From Sulfurimonas sp. (GTDB lineage: Bacteria > Campylobacterota > Campylobacteria > Campylobacterales > Sulfurimonadaceae): DNA of 59,633 bases. The position numbers and the translations under genes are program-made. A model generated the notes under the pieces. That model made no database searches. It saw only the letters and a program-made list of their open reading frames with translations, and was not told the origin of the DNA. Position 1 is the first letter of the stretch, and the number at the start of each line of letters is the position of its first letter. Of the stretch, positions 51,364 through 59,633 are shown in pieces. The stretch spans positions 1-59,633 of the forward strand of contig JALSUU010000181.1 in assembly GCA_027071075.1 (NCBI GenBank), read 5' to 3'.

Positions 51364-52281
51364 ATGAAACATAGTAAGAAAGTTGTTTTACTCTCTTGCA
51401 TTCTTCCGATGACTCTTCTTAGTGCCGAACCATCTGCGTTTGGTGCTGGTGATCTTAATAGTCCTAATCCTTATGGGCTTACCTCCAATGAAAAAGTAAT
51501 TTTAGATACAAAAAAGAAGCTTCGAAAAGTTGCTGTTAAGAGTAATAATCAAGCGAATGAATTAGACTCTTTACGCGAACGCATTGATGGATTACAGAGC
51601 ATTATTGAGAGTTTAAGTAGAAAAGCACATAACAATAAAATAAATTTGCAAAAATTTACTCAAAAAAGTTCACTTGAGTCAGAAAGTGCAAGTGAGTATG
51701 AGAAGCGATTAAGCGAAACAATTGAGGAAAATACACAATCAATCACACAACAAAAGCTTATCATCAAAGAGTTATCAACACTCTTAGAGAGTATAAACTC
51801 TCAGTATGTCTCAAAGGATGAGTTTAACTCCCTCGTAAAAGATGTAAATGATTTTAAAAAGCTTGTTGTAAAAGAGTTAAAGCAGAAGAGAGCAAAGAGT
51901 AAAAAGTCAAAATATGCATCAATGAGTTCTGCTCAAGTTTATAATAATGCAAATGCGAATTTTAAAAAGCAGTACTATACATCAGCGATAGAAGGTTTTG
52001 AGTACTTAATCAAGAAAAACTATAAACCTGCGTATGCGCACTACATGATAGGTGAGATGAATTATAAAAGAAAGAATTATGCTGATGCAATATCTTACTT
52101 TAAAAAGAGTTCATCACTCTACTCTAAGGCTTCATATATGCCAAACTTAATGTTACACACTGCTATAAGTATGCATAAAACAGGGGATAAAGTACATGCA
52201 AAGGCTTTTTTTGAAGCTATAGTTGCAAAGTATCCAAACTCCTCTGAAGCTTTAGAAGCTAAAAAATATATTCAGCCCTAA
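51364..52281 (+). CDS. cpoB: Tol-Pal TPR protein CpoB/YbgF
   Basis: Signal peptide, EPSAF, coiled coil, C-terminal TPRs; follows pal. Confidence 0.8.
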   Translation: MKHSKKVVLLSCILPMTLLSAEPSAFGAGDLNSPNPYGLTSNEKVILDTKKKLRKVAVKSNNQANELDSLRERIDGLQSIIESLSRKAHNNKINLQKFTQKSSLESESASEYEKRLSETIEENTQSITQQKLIIKELSTLLESINSQYVSKDEFNSLVKDVNDFKKLVVKELKQKRAKSKKSKYASMSSAQVYNNANANFKKQYYTSAIEGFEYLIKKNYKPAYAHYMIGEMNYKRKNYADAISYFKKSSSLYSKASYMPNLMLHTAISMHKTGDKVHAKAFFEAIVAKYPNSSEALEAKKYIQP

Positions 52282-52293
52282 TATAGAATATTA

Positions 52294-52302
52294 TGGTAAA
52301 AT
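52294..52302 (+). promoter_or_regulatory. Extended -10 promoter for the slyD-fabD-pfs operon
   Basis: TGgTAAAAT ~30 nt upstream of slyD. Confidence 0.5.
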
Positions 52303-52333
52303 CGCGGGATTAATTTAATATAAGGACAAAATA

Positions 52334-52843
52334 GTGGCAATAGTAGATAATCAAATTGTATCAATAGAGTACGAAGTAAAAGATGGTGACACAGTAGTAG
52401 ATAGTAACATGGGTGGAGCTCCATTAGTATTTATGTTTGGAAAAGGTCAAATAATTCCAGGTTTAGAAAATGGAATTGTAAACATGAACATTGGTGAGAA
52501 GGGAGAAATCCTTGTGCAACCTGCCGATGCGTATGGTGAGTATAATGCTGATGCAACTCAAGAAGTTCCAAAAGATCAATTTTCTGGAATCGAATTAACA
52601 GAGGGGATGACTCTTTATGGTCAAGGTGAAGATGGCGGAACTGTTCAAGTAATCGTAAAAGAGATTGGTGAAGAGAGTGTTATTATTGACTTCAATCACC
52701 CTTTAGCTGGTAAAGAGTTGATGTTCACTGTAGCAATTAACAACATTAGAGAAGCTACTGCTGAAGAAGCTATGACTGGTGTACCTGCTGAAAATAAACC
52801 TGAAGAAGGTGAAAGTTGTGGTACAGGTTGTGGATGTCACTAA
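52334..52843 (+). CDS. slyD: FKBP-type peptidyl-prolyl isomerase SlyD
   Basis: GQIIPGLE, DAYGE, DFNHPLAGK; short Cys/His tail CGTGCGCH. Confidence 0.93.
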   Translation: MAIVDNQIVSIEYEVKDGDTVVDSNMGGAPLVFMFGKGQIIPGLENGIVNMNIGEKGEILVQPADAYGEYNADATQEVPKDQFSGIELTEGMTLYGQGEDGGTVQVIVKEIGEESVIIDFNHPLAGKELMFTVAINNIREATAEEAMTGVPAENKPEEGESCGTGCGCH

Positions 52844-53600
52844 TTTTGTAACAGCCTCAGAAGCTTCTTATCAAGCTTTTAAAACAGCTACACTTTTAAA
52901 AACTCTCAGTGTTAATGCTCTTATAATGGGTGAAATTGGGGTTGGTAAAAAAAGTCTAGCTTCTTTTATACTTCCTGATGCATCGGTTATAGATGCATCA
53001 AACTTTGATGAACTCCTTGTAGCGATTGAAAGCTCAAGTGAGATTATCATCACAAATATAGATAGTTCACCAAATATCAAACGATTAATTCAAACTATTA
53101 AAAGTAATAACATCCGAGTTATCGCAACTTCCAAACAATCTTTCAATAATGAATTTACTAATGATTTATTTAGTGTGAAATTTGATATTCCATCACTATC
53201 TCATAGAGTTGAGGATGTTGAAGTATTAGTAAATTTATTTAAAGAAGAAGCTACACTTCTTTTTGGTGGTGAAAAAAATCTTGATTTGAAAAATTTTAAA
53301 GCAGATTTAAGTCAAAATGCCAAATCTTTAAAGAGACAAGTGATGGTAAACTATCTTTTAGAAGATATACAAGATAGTGAGTTGATGGGAATTATAAAGA
53401 ACTATCTCTATGATAAGATGGGCTCAAATAGTGACTATAGAAACTTTTTGTATCTTTATGAAGTGCCATTAATTCAAGCGGGATTAGAGAGATTTAAATC
53501 ACAACTACAGTTATCTGATAAGTTAGGTTTAAACAGAAACACTCTGCGTAAAAAAATAGCAGAAAATAAAAAATATTTAACAGGAGAGAGTAATGAGTAA
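52830..53600 (+). CDS. Degenerate sigma54-activator-like AAA+ protein with a Fis-type HTH
   Basis: LIMGEIGVGKKSLA, IPSLSHRVEDV, C-terminal LGLNRNTLRKKI; no GAFTGA. Probable GTG start at 52830. Confidence 0.7.
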   Translation: MDVTNFVTASEASYQAFKTATLLKTLSVNALIMGEIGVGKKSLASFILPDASVIDASNFDELLVAIESSSEIIITNIDSSPNIKRLIQTIKSNNIRVIATSKQSFNNEFTNDLFSVKFDIPSLSHRVEDVEVLVNLFKEEATLLFGGEKNLDLKNFKADLSQNAKSLKRQVMVNYLLEDIQDSELMGIIKNYLYDKMGSNSDYRNFLYLYEVPLIQAGLERFKSQLQLSDKLGLNRNTLRKKIAENKKYLTGESNE

Positions 53601-54531
53601 AATAGCAATGATATTTGCAGGTCAAGGGTCACAAGCTGTAGGTATGGGAAAAGATTTTTATGAAAATTCTAAACTTGCAAGAGAGATGTTTGAAAAAGCT
53701 GGAGATAGAATAGGTGTTGATTTTAAAGAACTTATTTTTGAAGAGAATGAAAAACTGGGTCAAACTGCATATACACAACCTGCAATTCTTTTAGTGCAGA
53801 TGATAGCGTATAAACTTTTTACTGCGGCTTGTCCTGATGTAAAGGCAGAGCTATTTTTAGGACACTCTTTAGGTGAGTTTTCAGCACTTTGTGCATCTGG
53901 TGCTATTGATTATGTTGATGCAGTTGAGCTTGTCCATAAGCGTGGTGCTTTTATGCAGTCTGCGTGTGATGGTATAGATGCAGGTATGATGGTTTTAGTT
54001 GGACTTGATGATGCAAGTGTTGAGAAAGTATGTACTGATGCACAAGCAGAGGGTAAGAAAGTATGGCCTGCAAACTATAACCAAGATGGACAACTTGTTG
54101 TTGCAGGAATAAAGTCTGATTTAGCATCATTAGAGCAATCGTTTAAAGATGCAGGTGCCAAACGCGCTTTACTTCTTGATATGTCAGTTGCATCACATTG
54201 TGAACTTTTAGCATCTGCACAAGAGCCTTTAGCTGAGTTAATGTCAGCTATGGTTTCAGATAACTTCTCAGCACCAGTTATCTCAAATGTTACTACAAAG
54301 GCTTACTCTACAAAAGATGAAGCAGTAACACTTTTAAAAGAGCAACTTGTCAAACCAGTAAAATACAAGCAATCTATTTTAGCTGTTGCGGGTGATTTAG
54401 ATATGGCTATTGAATTTGGAAATGGTATAACGCTTAAGGGTTTAAATAGAAGAATAGCTAAAGAGTTAAAAACTCTGAATATCTCTGATATAGCATCTTT
54501 AGAAAAAGTAAAAGAGGAAATCTGCTCATAA
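53593..54531 (+). CDS. fabD: Malonyl-CoA:ACP transacylase
   Basis: FAGQGSQ, TQPAI, GHSLGE, SVASH. Confidence 0.96.
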   Translation: MSKIAMIFAGQGSQAVGMGKDFYENSKLAREMFEKAGDRIGVDFKELIFEENEKLGQTAYTQPAILLVQMIAYKLFTAACPDVKAELFLGHSLGEFSALCASGAIDYVDAVELVHKRGAFMQSACDGIDAGMMVLVGLDDASVEKVCTDAQAEGKKVWPANYNQDGQLVVAGIKSDLASLEQSFKDAGAKRALLLDMSVASHCELLASAQEPLAELMSAMVSDNFSAPVISNVTTKAYSTKDEAVTLLKEQLVKPVKYKQSILAVAGDLDMAIEFGNGITLKGLNRRIAKELKTLNISDIASLEKVKEEICS

Positions 54532-54532
54532 T

Positions 54533-55249
54533 ATGAGAATAACGCTTGCCCAAACAGCACCAAAGCTGAATCGTTCAAATCTGGAAACTATTGTTGAAGC
54601 TATTAAAGCACATAAAAAAGAGAGTGATATGATAGTATTTCCTGAGTTGTCTCTCAATGGCTACTCCTTACAAGATAAGCTTTGTGAGGACGCTTGGGAT
54701 ATAAAAGAGTTAGATGTACTCTCAAAGTTAAGCATAGATATCGATATAGTTGTCGGTGGTGCTATGCGTGACTCTAAGGTCTTTAGAAACTCAGCACTCT
54801 ACTTTTCAAAAGGTAAGCTTTTAAGCCAACACAATAAGGTACACCTCCCTAACTACGGTATGTTTGAAGAGGCGCGTTATTTTGAGGCTGGCAGTGTATT
54901 TGAAGGTTTTGAAACAGGGCATGGAAAGGTGTCGATGCTTGTTTGTGAAGATCTTTGGCATGCTGGTGTGCATCATCAGTTGTTTGAAGAGAATCCTGAC
55001 TATATTATCGCACTTGTTGCTTCTCCTGCAAGAGGTTTTAGTGATGAGGGACTTCTCATAGAAGATCAATGGTATGCACTTTTAAAGTCAGCTGCCTTGC
55101 ATTGTGATGCAAAAATTATTTTTGTAAACCGCGTTGGATTTGAAGATGGTTTAGGTTTTTGGGGTGGGAGTTGTATTGTCAATAATGATGCACGAATACT
55201 ACACAAACTACCACATTACGACATAATATATAAAACATTTGAAATATAG
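54533..55249 (+). CDS. Carbon-nitrogen hydrolase; stand-alone homolog of the NAD synthetase glutaminase domain
   Basis: E-K-C triad FPELSL / HNKVHLPNYGMFEEARYF / LVCEDLW, plus ASP and VNRVG..DGL.FWGGS. Confidence 0.82.
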   Translation: MRITLAQTAPKLNRSNLETIVEAIKAHKKESDMIVFPELSLNGYSLQDKLCEDAWDIKELDVLSKLSIDIDIVVGGAMRDSKVFRNSALYFSKGKLLSQHNKVHLPNYGMFEEARYFEAGSVFEGFETGHGKVSMLVCEDLWHAGVHHQLFEENPDYIIALVASPARGFSDEGLLIEDQWYALLKSAALHCDAKIIFVNRVGFEDGLGFWGGSCIVNNDARILHKLPHYDIIYKTFEI

Positions 55250-55261
55250 GAAAATAACAGT

Positions 55262-55957
55262 ATGAAAATAGCAATAATGGGTGCAATGCCCGAAGAAATA
55301 GCACCGATACTTGAAAAATTTGAGAGTTATAAAACGACAGAATATGCAGCAAATAAGTATTATGAAGTGAACTATAAAGGGGTTGATTTAGTTATCGCAT
55401 ACTCAAAGATAGGAAAGGTTTTCTCTACACTTACTGCCGCAACGCTTATTGAGCATTTTAGATGTGACACACTTCTTTTTAGTGGGGTAGCTGGAGCTAT
55501 TTCACCTGAGTTGAAAGTGGGTGATTTAGTTATAGCTACAAAACTAGCACAGCATGATTTAGATATTACAGCATTTGGACACCCTCATGGGTATGTTCCA
55601 GAGGGTTCTGTATTTGTAGAAGCAGATAAAGAGTTACTTGAGCTAGGAAAAACAGTAGCCTCAGAGATGACGAAAGAGGTAAGAGAGGGAACAATTGCAA
55701 CAGGATGTCAATTTATTGCAGATGAAGATAAAAAGAACTGGATAGGTGAAATATTTGGTGCAGATGCATTAGAGATGGAAGGTGCTAGTGTTGCTGTCGT
55801 TTGTGATGCTTTAGATGTGCCTTTTTTCATACTTCGTGCTATCAGTGATGCAGCAGATATGGATGCAAGTTTTTCTTTTGATGAGTTTTTAGAGACGAGT
55901 GCTGTTGAGAGTGCTACTTTTATAATGAACATGGTAGATAAGTTAGTAAGTAAATAA
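55262..55957 (+). CDS. mtnN: 5'-methylthioadenosine/SAH nucleosidase (Pfs/MtnN; in this phylum also acts as aminofutalosine nucleosidase)
   Basis: IMGAMPEE, SKIGKV, FSGVAG, EMEGA, RAISD. Confidence 0.93.
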   Translation: MKIAIMGAMPEEIAPILEKFESYKTTEYAANKYYEVNYKGVDLVIAYSKIGKVFSTLTAATLIEHFRCDTLLFSGVAGAISPELKVGDLVIATKLAQHDLDITAFGHPHGYVPEGSVFVEADKELLELGKTVASEMTKEVREGTIATGCQFIADEDKKNWIGEIFGADALEMEGASVAVVCDALDVPFFILRAISDAADMDASFSFDEFLETSAVESATFIMNMVDKLVSK

Positions 55958-56706
55958 TGTCTGTCAAACTCTCAAAAAAAATTATGTCCAAGCTTGGCAA
56001 AACAAATGCTGAGTTTAAACTTATAGAGGAGGGCGATAAGATTCTTGTCGGTCTCTCTGGTGGGAAAGATTCTCTGACTATGATTCATGCTATGAAGGAG
56101 CAACAAAGACGCGCACCCTTTGAGTTCTCTTTCGTTGCTGTTACTATCTCTTATGGAATGGGTGAAGACTTCTCTGCTTTGGCAGCTCACTGTGAAAAAA
56201 ACGGCATTAAACATGTAGTGCGTGAGACAAAAACTTATGAACTTGCTAAAGAAAAGATTCGTAAAAATTCTTCATTTTGTAGTTTCTTTTCTCGTATGAG
56301 AAGAGGTTATCTCTATTCTGTTGCACAAGAGTTAGGGTGTAATAAGGTTGCACTTGGACATCATCTTGATGATGCAGCTGAGAGTTTTTTTATGAACTTT
56401 ATCTATAATGGTCAGATGCGAAGCCTTGCCCCGAAATATACTGCTGGAAATGGTTTAGTAGTCATCCGTCCGCTTATTCAAATGCGTGAGCGTCAACTAA
56501 GAGCTTTTGTAGTAGATAATGGCATTGAAGCTATAGGAGATGAAGCCTGTCCTGCTATGCGTTTTGATGTAAAAATGCCTCATGCAAGAGAGAATACAAA
56601 GCAGATGTTAGCAAAGATGGAGCAAGATTTTCCACAACTCTTTACTTCTTTAAATGCTGCTTTTAAAAATATAAGTGTAGATAGCTTTTTTATGGTTGAG
56701 GAGTAA
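55957..56706 (+). CDS. ttcA: TtcA-family PP-loop tRNA thiolation ATPase
   Basis: SGGKDS, SRMRRG, LGHHLDD, IRPL; Cys motifs are degenerate. Confidence 0.75.
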   Translation: MSVKLSKKIMSKLGKTNAEFKLIEEGDKILVGLSGGKDSLTMIHAMKEQQRRAPFEFSFVAVTISYGMGEDFSALAAHCEKNGIKHVVRETKTYELAKEKIRKNSSFCSFFSRMRRGYLYSVAQELGCNKVALGHHLDDAAESFFMNFIYNGQMRSLAPKYTAGNGLVVIRPLIQMRERQLRAFVVDNGIEAIGDEACPAMRFDVKMPHARENTKQMLAKMEQDFPQLFTSLNAAFKNISVDSFFMVEE

Positions 56707-56745
56707 TAATAGCAATCCTAAAGAGTTTTAAATCATAAAAGAAAA

Positions 56746-56783
56746 TTCAATTCATTTTCATTTTCATTTCATTTAGCTATCAT
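56746..56783 (+). promoter_or_regulatory. TTCA(T/A)T direct-repeat array plus -10 box upstream of the efflux genes
   Basis: TTCA at 56746, 56751, 56757, 56763 and 56768, then TATCAT at 56778-56783. Confidence 0.45.
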
Positions 56784-56815
56784 ATTCTTCAATTAACTAA
56801 AGAAAAGAGTAGTCT

Positions 56816-57811
56816 ATGTTGAAAACAGTAATAGTGTCCATTTTTATAACAATCCCAATCTTTGCATCATCAGTCTCTGTAAGTGTCATAAAGCCTATTG
56901 AAAGAAATCTAGCGCTTACAATAGATGCCACAGGCACGGTAATATCAAAAAATAAAACTAATATAACAGCGAAAACAAGTGGTCTCTTACAGATGCAAGT
57001 TTCACAAAATAGTTTTGTTGATAAGGGAGAGTTTATTGCTGAAGTAAGCAATAAACCTCGTGAGAAAAAAATAGAGCTTTTAAAAACAAGTTTAAAACTT
57101 CAAAAAATGCAAATAACACTGCAGCAAGAGAAAATGAAAACAGTTCAAGATAAGTACAAAATAGGTGTTGGCTCAAAAAATAGTTATCTTTCTCAAAAAA
57201 TATTGCTAAGACAAATACAAGAACAATATCTCGCGAAGCAAAATGAGTATGAAATGCTTCTGCTAGAACAAACAAATAGTTTAATCTATGCACCCAAAAG
57301 TGGTGTGCTTACAAATCTTCAAGCCAATAATAGTTACATAAACTATGGTGCAAAAATAGCAACTCTTTTAGAAAAAGACAATCTTATAAAAATTTTTGTA
57401 GATAGTTCTTATGCACAAGATATACATAAAAATATGGATGTAAAAATTTTGAGTAGTTATAAAAACTGCGATGCAAAAGTTCTCGATGTTTTAGCACAAA
57501 GTTCAAACAACTTAGTTGAAGTTATAGTACAAGCTAATGAAGAACTTCCTTTAAACCTACAAATAAATGCACAAATCATACTTAAAAAATCAAATGGACT
57601 ACTTATCCCAAAAAGTGCTATTGTCCTTGTTGAAAATCATCCTGCTATTTATATAATTGATGATAAAAATATCGCTCATATAGTTTTTGTAGAAATTGTA
57701 AAAGATATGGTAGATAAGGCACTGATTAAAAACACTTTACCAAAGAATGCAAAAATAGCTCTGAAAAATACTTATATGTTACATGATAACTTGAGAGTGA
57801 GTGTGAAGTAA
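56816..57811 (+). CDS. RND efflux periplasmic adaptor (membrane fusion protein)
   Basis: Signal peptide, lipoyl-like halves (ITAKTSG; IYAPKSGVL) around a coiled-coil hairpin, LLIPKSAI. Confidence 0.85.
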   Translation: MLKTVIVSIFITIPIFASSVSVSVIKPIERNLALTIDATGTVISKNKTNITAKTSGLLQMQVSQNSFVDKGEFIAEVSNKPREKKIELLKTSLKLQKMQITLQQEKMKTVQDKYKIGVGSKNSYLSQKILLRQIQEQYLAKQNEYEMLLLEQTNSLIYAPKSGVLTNLQANNSYINYGAKIATLLEKDNLIKIFVDSSYAQDIHKNMDVKILSSYKNCDAKVLDVLAQSSNNLVEVIVQANEELPLNLQINAQIILKKSNGLLIPKSAIVLVENHPAIYIIDDKNIAHIVFVEIVKDMVDKALIKNTLPKNAKIALKNTYMLHDNLRVSVK

Positions 57812-59633
57812 TGCAAGAGAAAAAAGATTTTTATCACTACATTTTAAAAAATAAACTTGCCATTATTCTGATAATTTCCCTTTTAACTGCTGTTGGTTAT
57901 AAACTCTCAACGACGATTCCTCAAGGGGTTTTGCCAAATATATTTTTTCCACGAATCGAAGTAAGTATAGATAACGGTCATGCACCTATATCTCAAATGC
58001 TCTACTCTGTCACAAAACCAAGTGAAGAAGCCTTAAAAACCGTGCAAGATGTGCAAAAGATAGTCTCTTCTACTTCTGTTGGAACTACCGACATAAATAT
58101 CTACTTTAACTGGAGTATTGACCCCTATTTAGCATATCAACTTGTGCAAGCTCGCATGGCAGATATAAAAAACTCCATCAGTAAAGATGCAAAGGTAACC
58201 ATCCGACAAGCAACACCGAGTATGTACCCTGTCTCTATCTACACCATAAGTTCAGACAATATCTCTCGTGCCAAACTTACCGAAAAGCTCTACTATGAAC
58301 TCAAACCTGTGATGCTGAGTATTGATGGTGTTTTTGACATACAGATGAAAGCACCTGCTTGGAGTGAGTATAAACTTGTACTTGATAGCAAAAAAGTAGC
58401 AGCGTATAAGCTCAACATAAATGACATCATCACGCAACTTAAAGCTCAAAATAGTATAGATTTTTTAGGACTAATTAACTCTAAACATACCCAATATATC
58501 TTATCTTTAAACCAAAAAAGAAAAAATGCAAACGAACTTCTTGACTTAAACATCAACCTCGGCAATCAAAAAAGCATAAAACTCTCCGACATCGCCCTTA
58601 TGCTAGAACAACAAAACCCCATAAAAGAGTTTTCTGCATCAAGCAAATATAAAAATAGTGTTGTTTTTGACCTGCTTCGCCAACCAGATGCAAATGCAGT
58701 AAGTGTACAAAAAGCTTTTAACAAAAAGGTAGCAGAACTCAACAAAAAACTCTCTCATGATGGCATACATATAGAGAAGTATTATGATGGAACAGACTTT
58801 ATAAAAGAGGCAGTTGAGAGCGTTGTAGATGCCATAGCTCTAGGTTCTATCATCGCTGTGCTTATAGTCTTTTTCTTTTTGAGAAAATTTACTCTCTCTT
58901 TGGCTGCTCTTGTCATCATACCCGTTACTTTTTTCATAACGATGATTGGTATGAAACTCATAGGGATTGATTTTAATATCTTCTCCCTTGGTGGTATGGT
59001 CGCAGCACTTGGTGGGTTGATAGACCAGATGCTTATAGTGATAGAAAACATCGAACGCCATTACGAAAACGGCGAAACGAAACAAAATGCCATCATAAAA
59101 GGGGCGAAAGAGATTTTGCCTATTATGGTTGTGGCTACAACTTTATCGGTGCTTATTTTTATCCCACTTCTACTTGTAAGTGGAATCGTTGGAGAGTTTT
59201 TTAAGCAGTTATCTATCGTTTTAGTTATCACTTACTTAGTCTCTCAAGTTATAGCCATCTTTCTAACGCCAATCATCGCTTATCTTGCACTTCCAAAAAC
59301 TATAAACAAGCATGAAGATTTTATGCAAAAGTACATAGATGGATACATCAGTTTTTTACGAAAAAGTTTTAAACACTCTTGGATTTCTGTACCGATTATT
59401 TTAGTTTCTCTTGCAACTTCTGCCTACCTTTATCTGCACACACCATCTACTTTTTTACCAGAGTGGGATGAGGGAAATATCGTTGTGGATTTAGTCCTAC
59501 CAACCGATATAACACTAGAACAATCACAAGAGGAGTTTGCCCAAATAGGAAAGATTATCTCCACTGTAAAAGATGTAGATGGTTGGAGTATGCGAATAGG
59601 AACAGGACTAGGACGGCTAAGCGTTCCCATAAA
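57811..59633 (+). CDS. RND efflux permease (AcrB/CusA/CzcA superfamily), 3'-truncated by the window edge
   Basis: ATG overlaps the MFP stop (TAATG); the frame stays open to the window end. My translation gives MQEKKDFYHYILKNK...LPNIFFPRIEV...VTKPSEEAL; TM4 SLGGMVAALGGLIDQMLIVIENIERH; FLPEWDEG. It is absent from the ORF track because it has no stop in the window. Confidence 0.9.
   Translation, partial: MQEKKDFYHYILKNKLAIILIISLLTAVGYKLSTTIPQGVLPNIFFPRIEVSIDNGHAPISQMLYSVTKPSEEALKTVQDVQKIVSSTSVGTTDINIYFNWSIDPYLAYQLVQARMADIKNSISKDAKVTIRQATPSMYPVSIYTISSDNISRAKLTEKLYYELKPVMLSIDGVFDIQMKAPAWSEYKLVLDSKKVAAYKLNINDIITQLKAQNSIDFLGLINSKHTQYILSLNQKRKNANELLDLNINLGNQKSIKLSDIALMLEQQNPIKEFSASSKYKNSVVFDLLRQPDANAVSVQKAFNKKVAELNKKLSHDGIHIEKYYDGTDFIKEAVESVVDAIALGSIIAVLIVFFFLRKFTLSLAALVIIPVTFFITMIGMKLIGIDFNIFSLGGMVAALGGLIDQMLIVIENIERHYENGETKQNAIIKGAKEILPIMVVATTLSVLIFIPLLLVSGIVGEFFKQLSIVLVITYLVSQVIAIFLTPIIAYLALPKTINKHEDFMQKYIDGYISFLRKSFKHSWISVPIILVSLATSAYLYLHTPSTFLPEWDEGNIVVDLVLPTDITLEQSQEEFAQIGKIISTVKDVDGWSMRIGTGLGRLSVPI

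Noticed and set aside
52800-52843. Short SlyD metal-binding tail (CGTGCGCH)
   Set aside because: Tail length varies widely among SlyD proteins.

Overview
AT-rich chromosomal window that looks like a Campylobacterota genome, most likely Sulfurimonas-like. This is inferred from gene order: pyrH-rpoZ-spoT-tyrS-fabX-amiA; flhA-Rrf2-rpsO; kdsB/trmN6-ykgJ-TPR-trpC; rplU-rpmA-obg-proB-fmt-birA-parAB-atpF'FHAGDC-tol/pal-slyD-fabD-pfs. Most of it is housekeeping DNA. It starts inside an assimilatory nitrate reductase followed by nirA, and ends inside an RND efflux permease. The main accessory block is a ~15 kb single-strand chemosensory gene cluster (14349-29687) with no membrane-bound receptor. It encodes a stand-alone Aer-type PAS protein, a soluble MCP with two signalling tips (DosM-like), a triple CheW, CheB, a HEAT protein, CheR, two CheY and CheA, which is the F9 / Vibrio cholerae cluster I layout. 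Extra parts are a mini CheZ-like DxxxQ protein, a CheW with a nested zinc-binding CZB domain, a STAS-like protein, a ParA-type ATPase, a pseudo-receiver-PAS histidine kinase and a response regulator with an unrecognised output. At the end of the cluster is a 269-bp TA-flanked, ERIC-like miniature inverted-repeat element predicted to fold as a four-way junction; it sits between the Shine-Dalgarno and the ATG of a 68-aa Cys/His protein. A 25-nt hairpin occurs twice with fully compensatory substitutions. No tRNA, rRNA, CRISPR array or transposase was seen. All calls come from reading motifs by eye; no database search was run.
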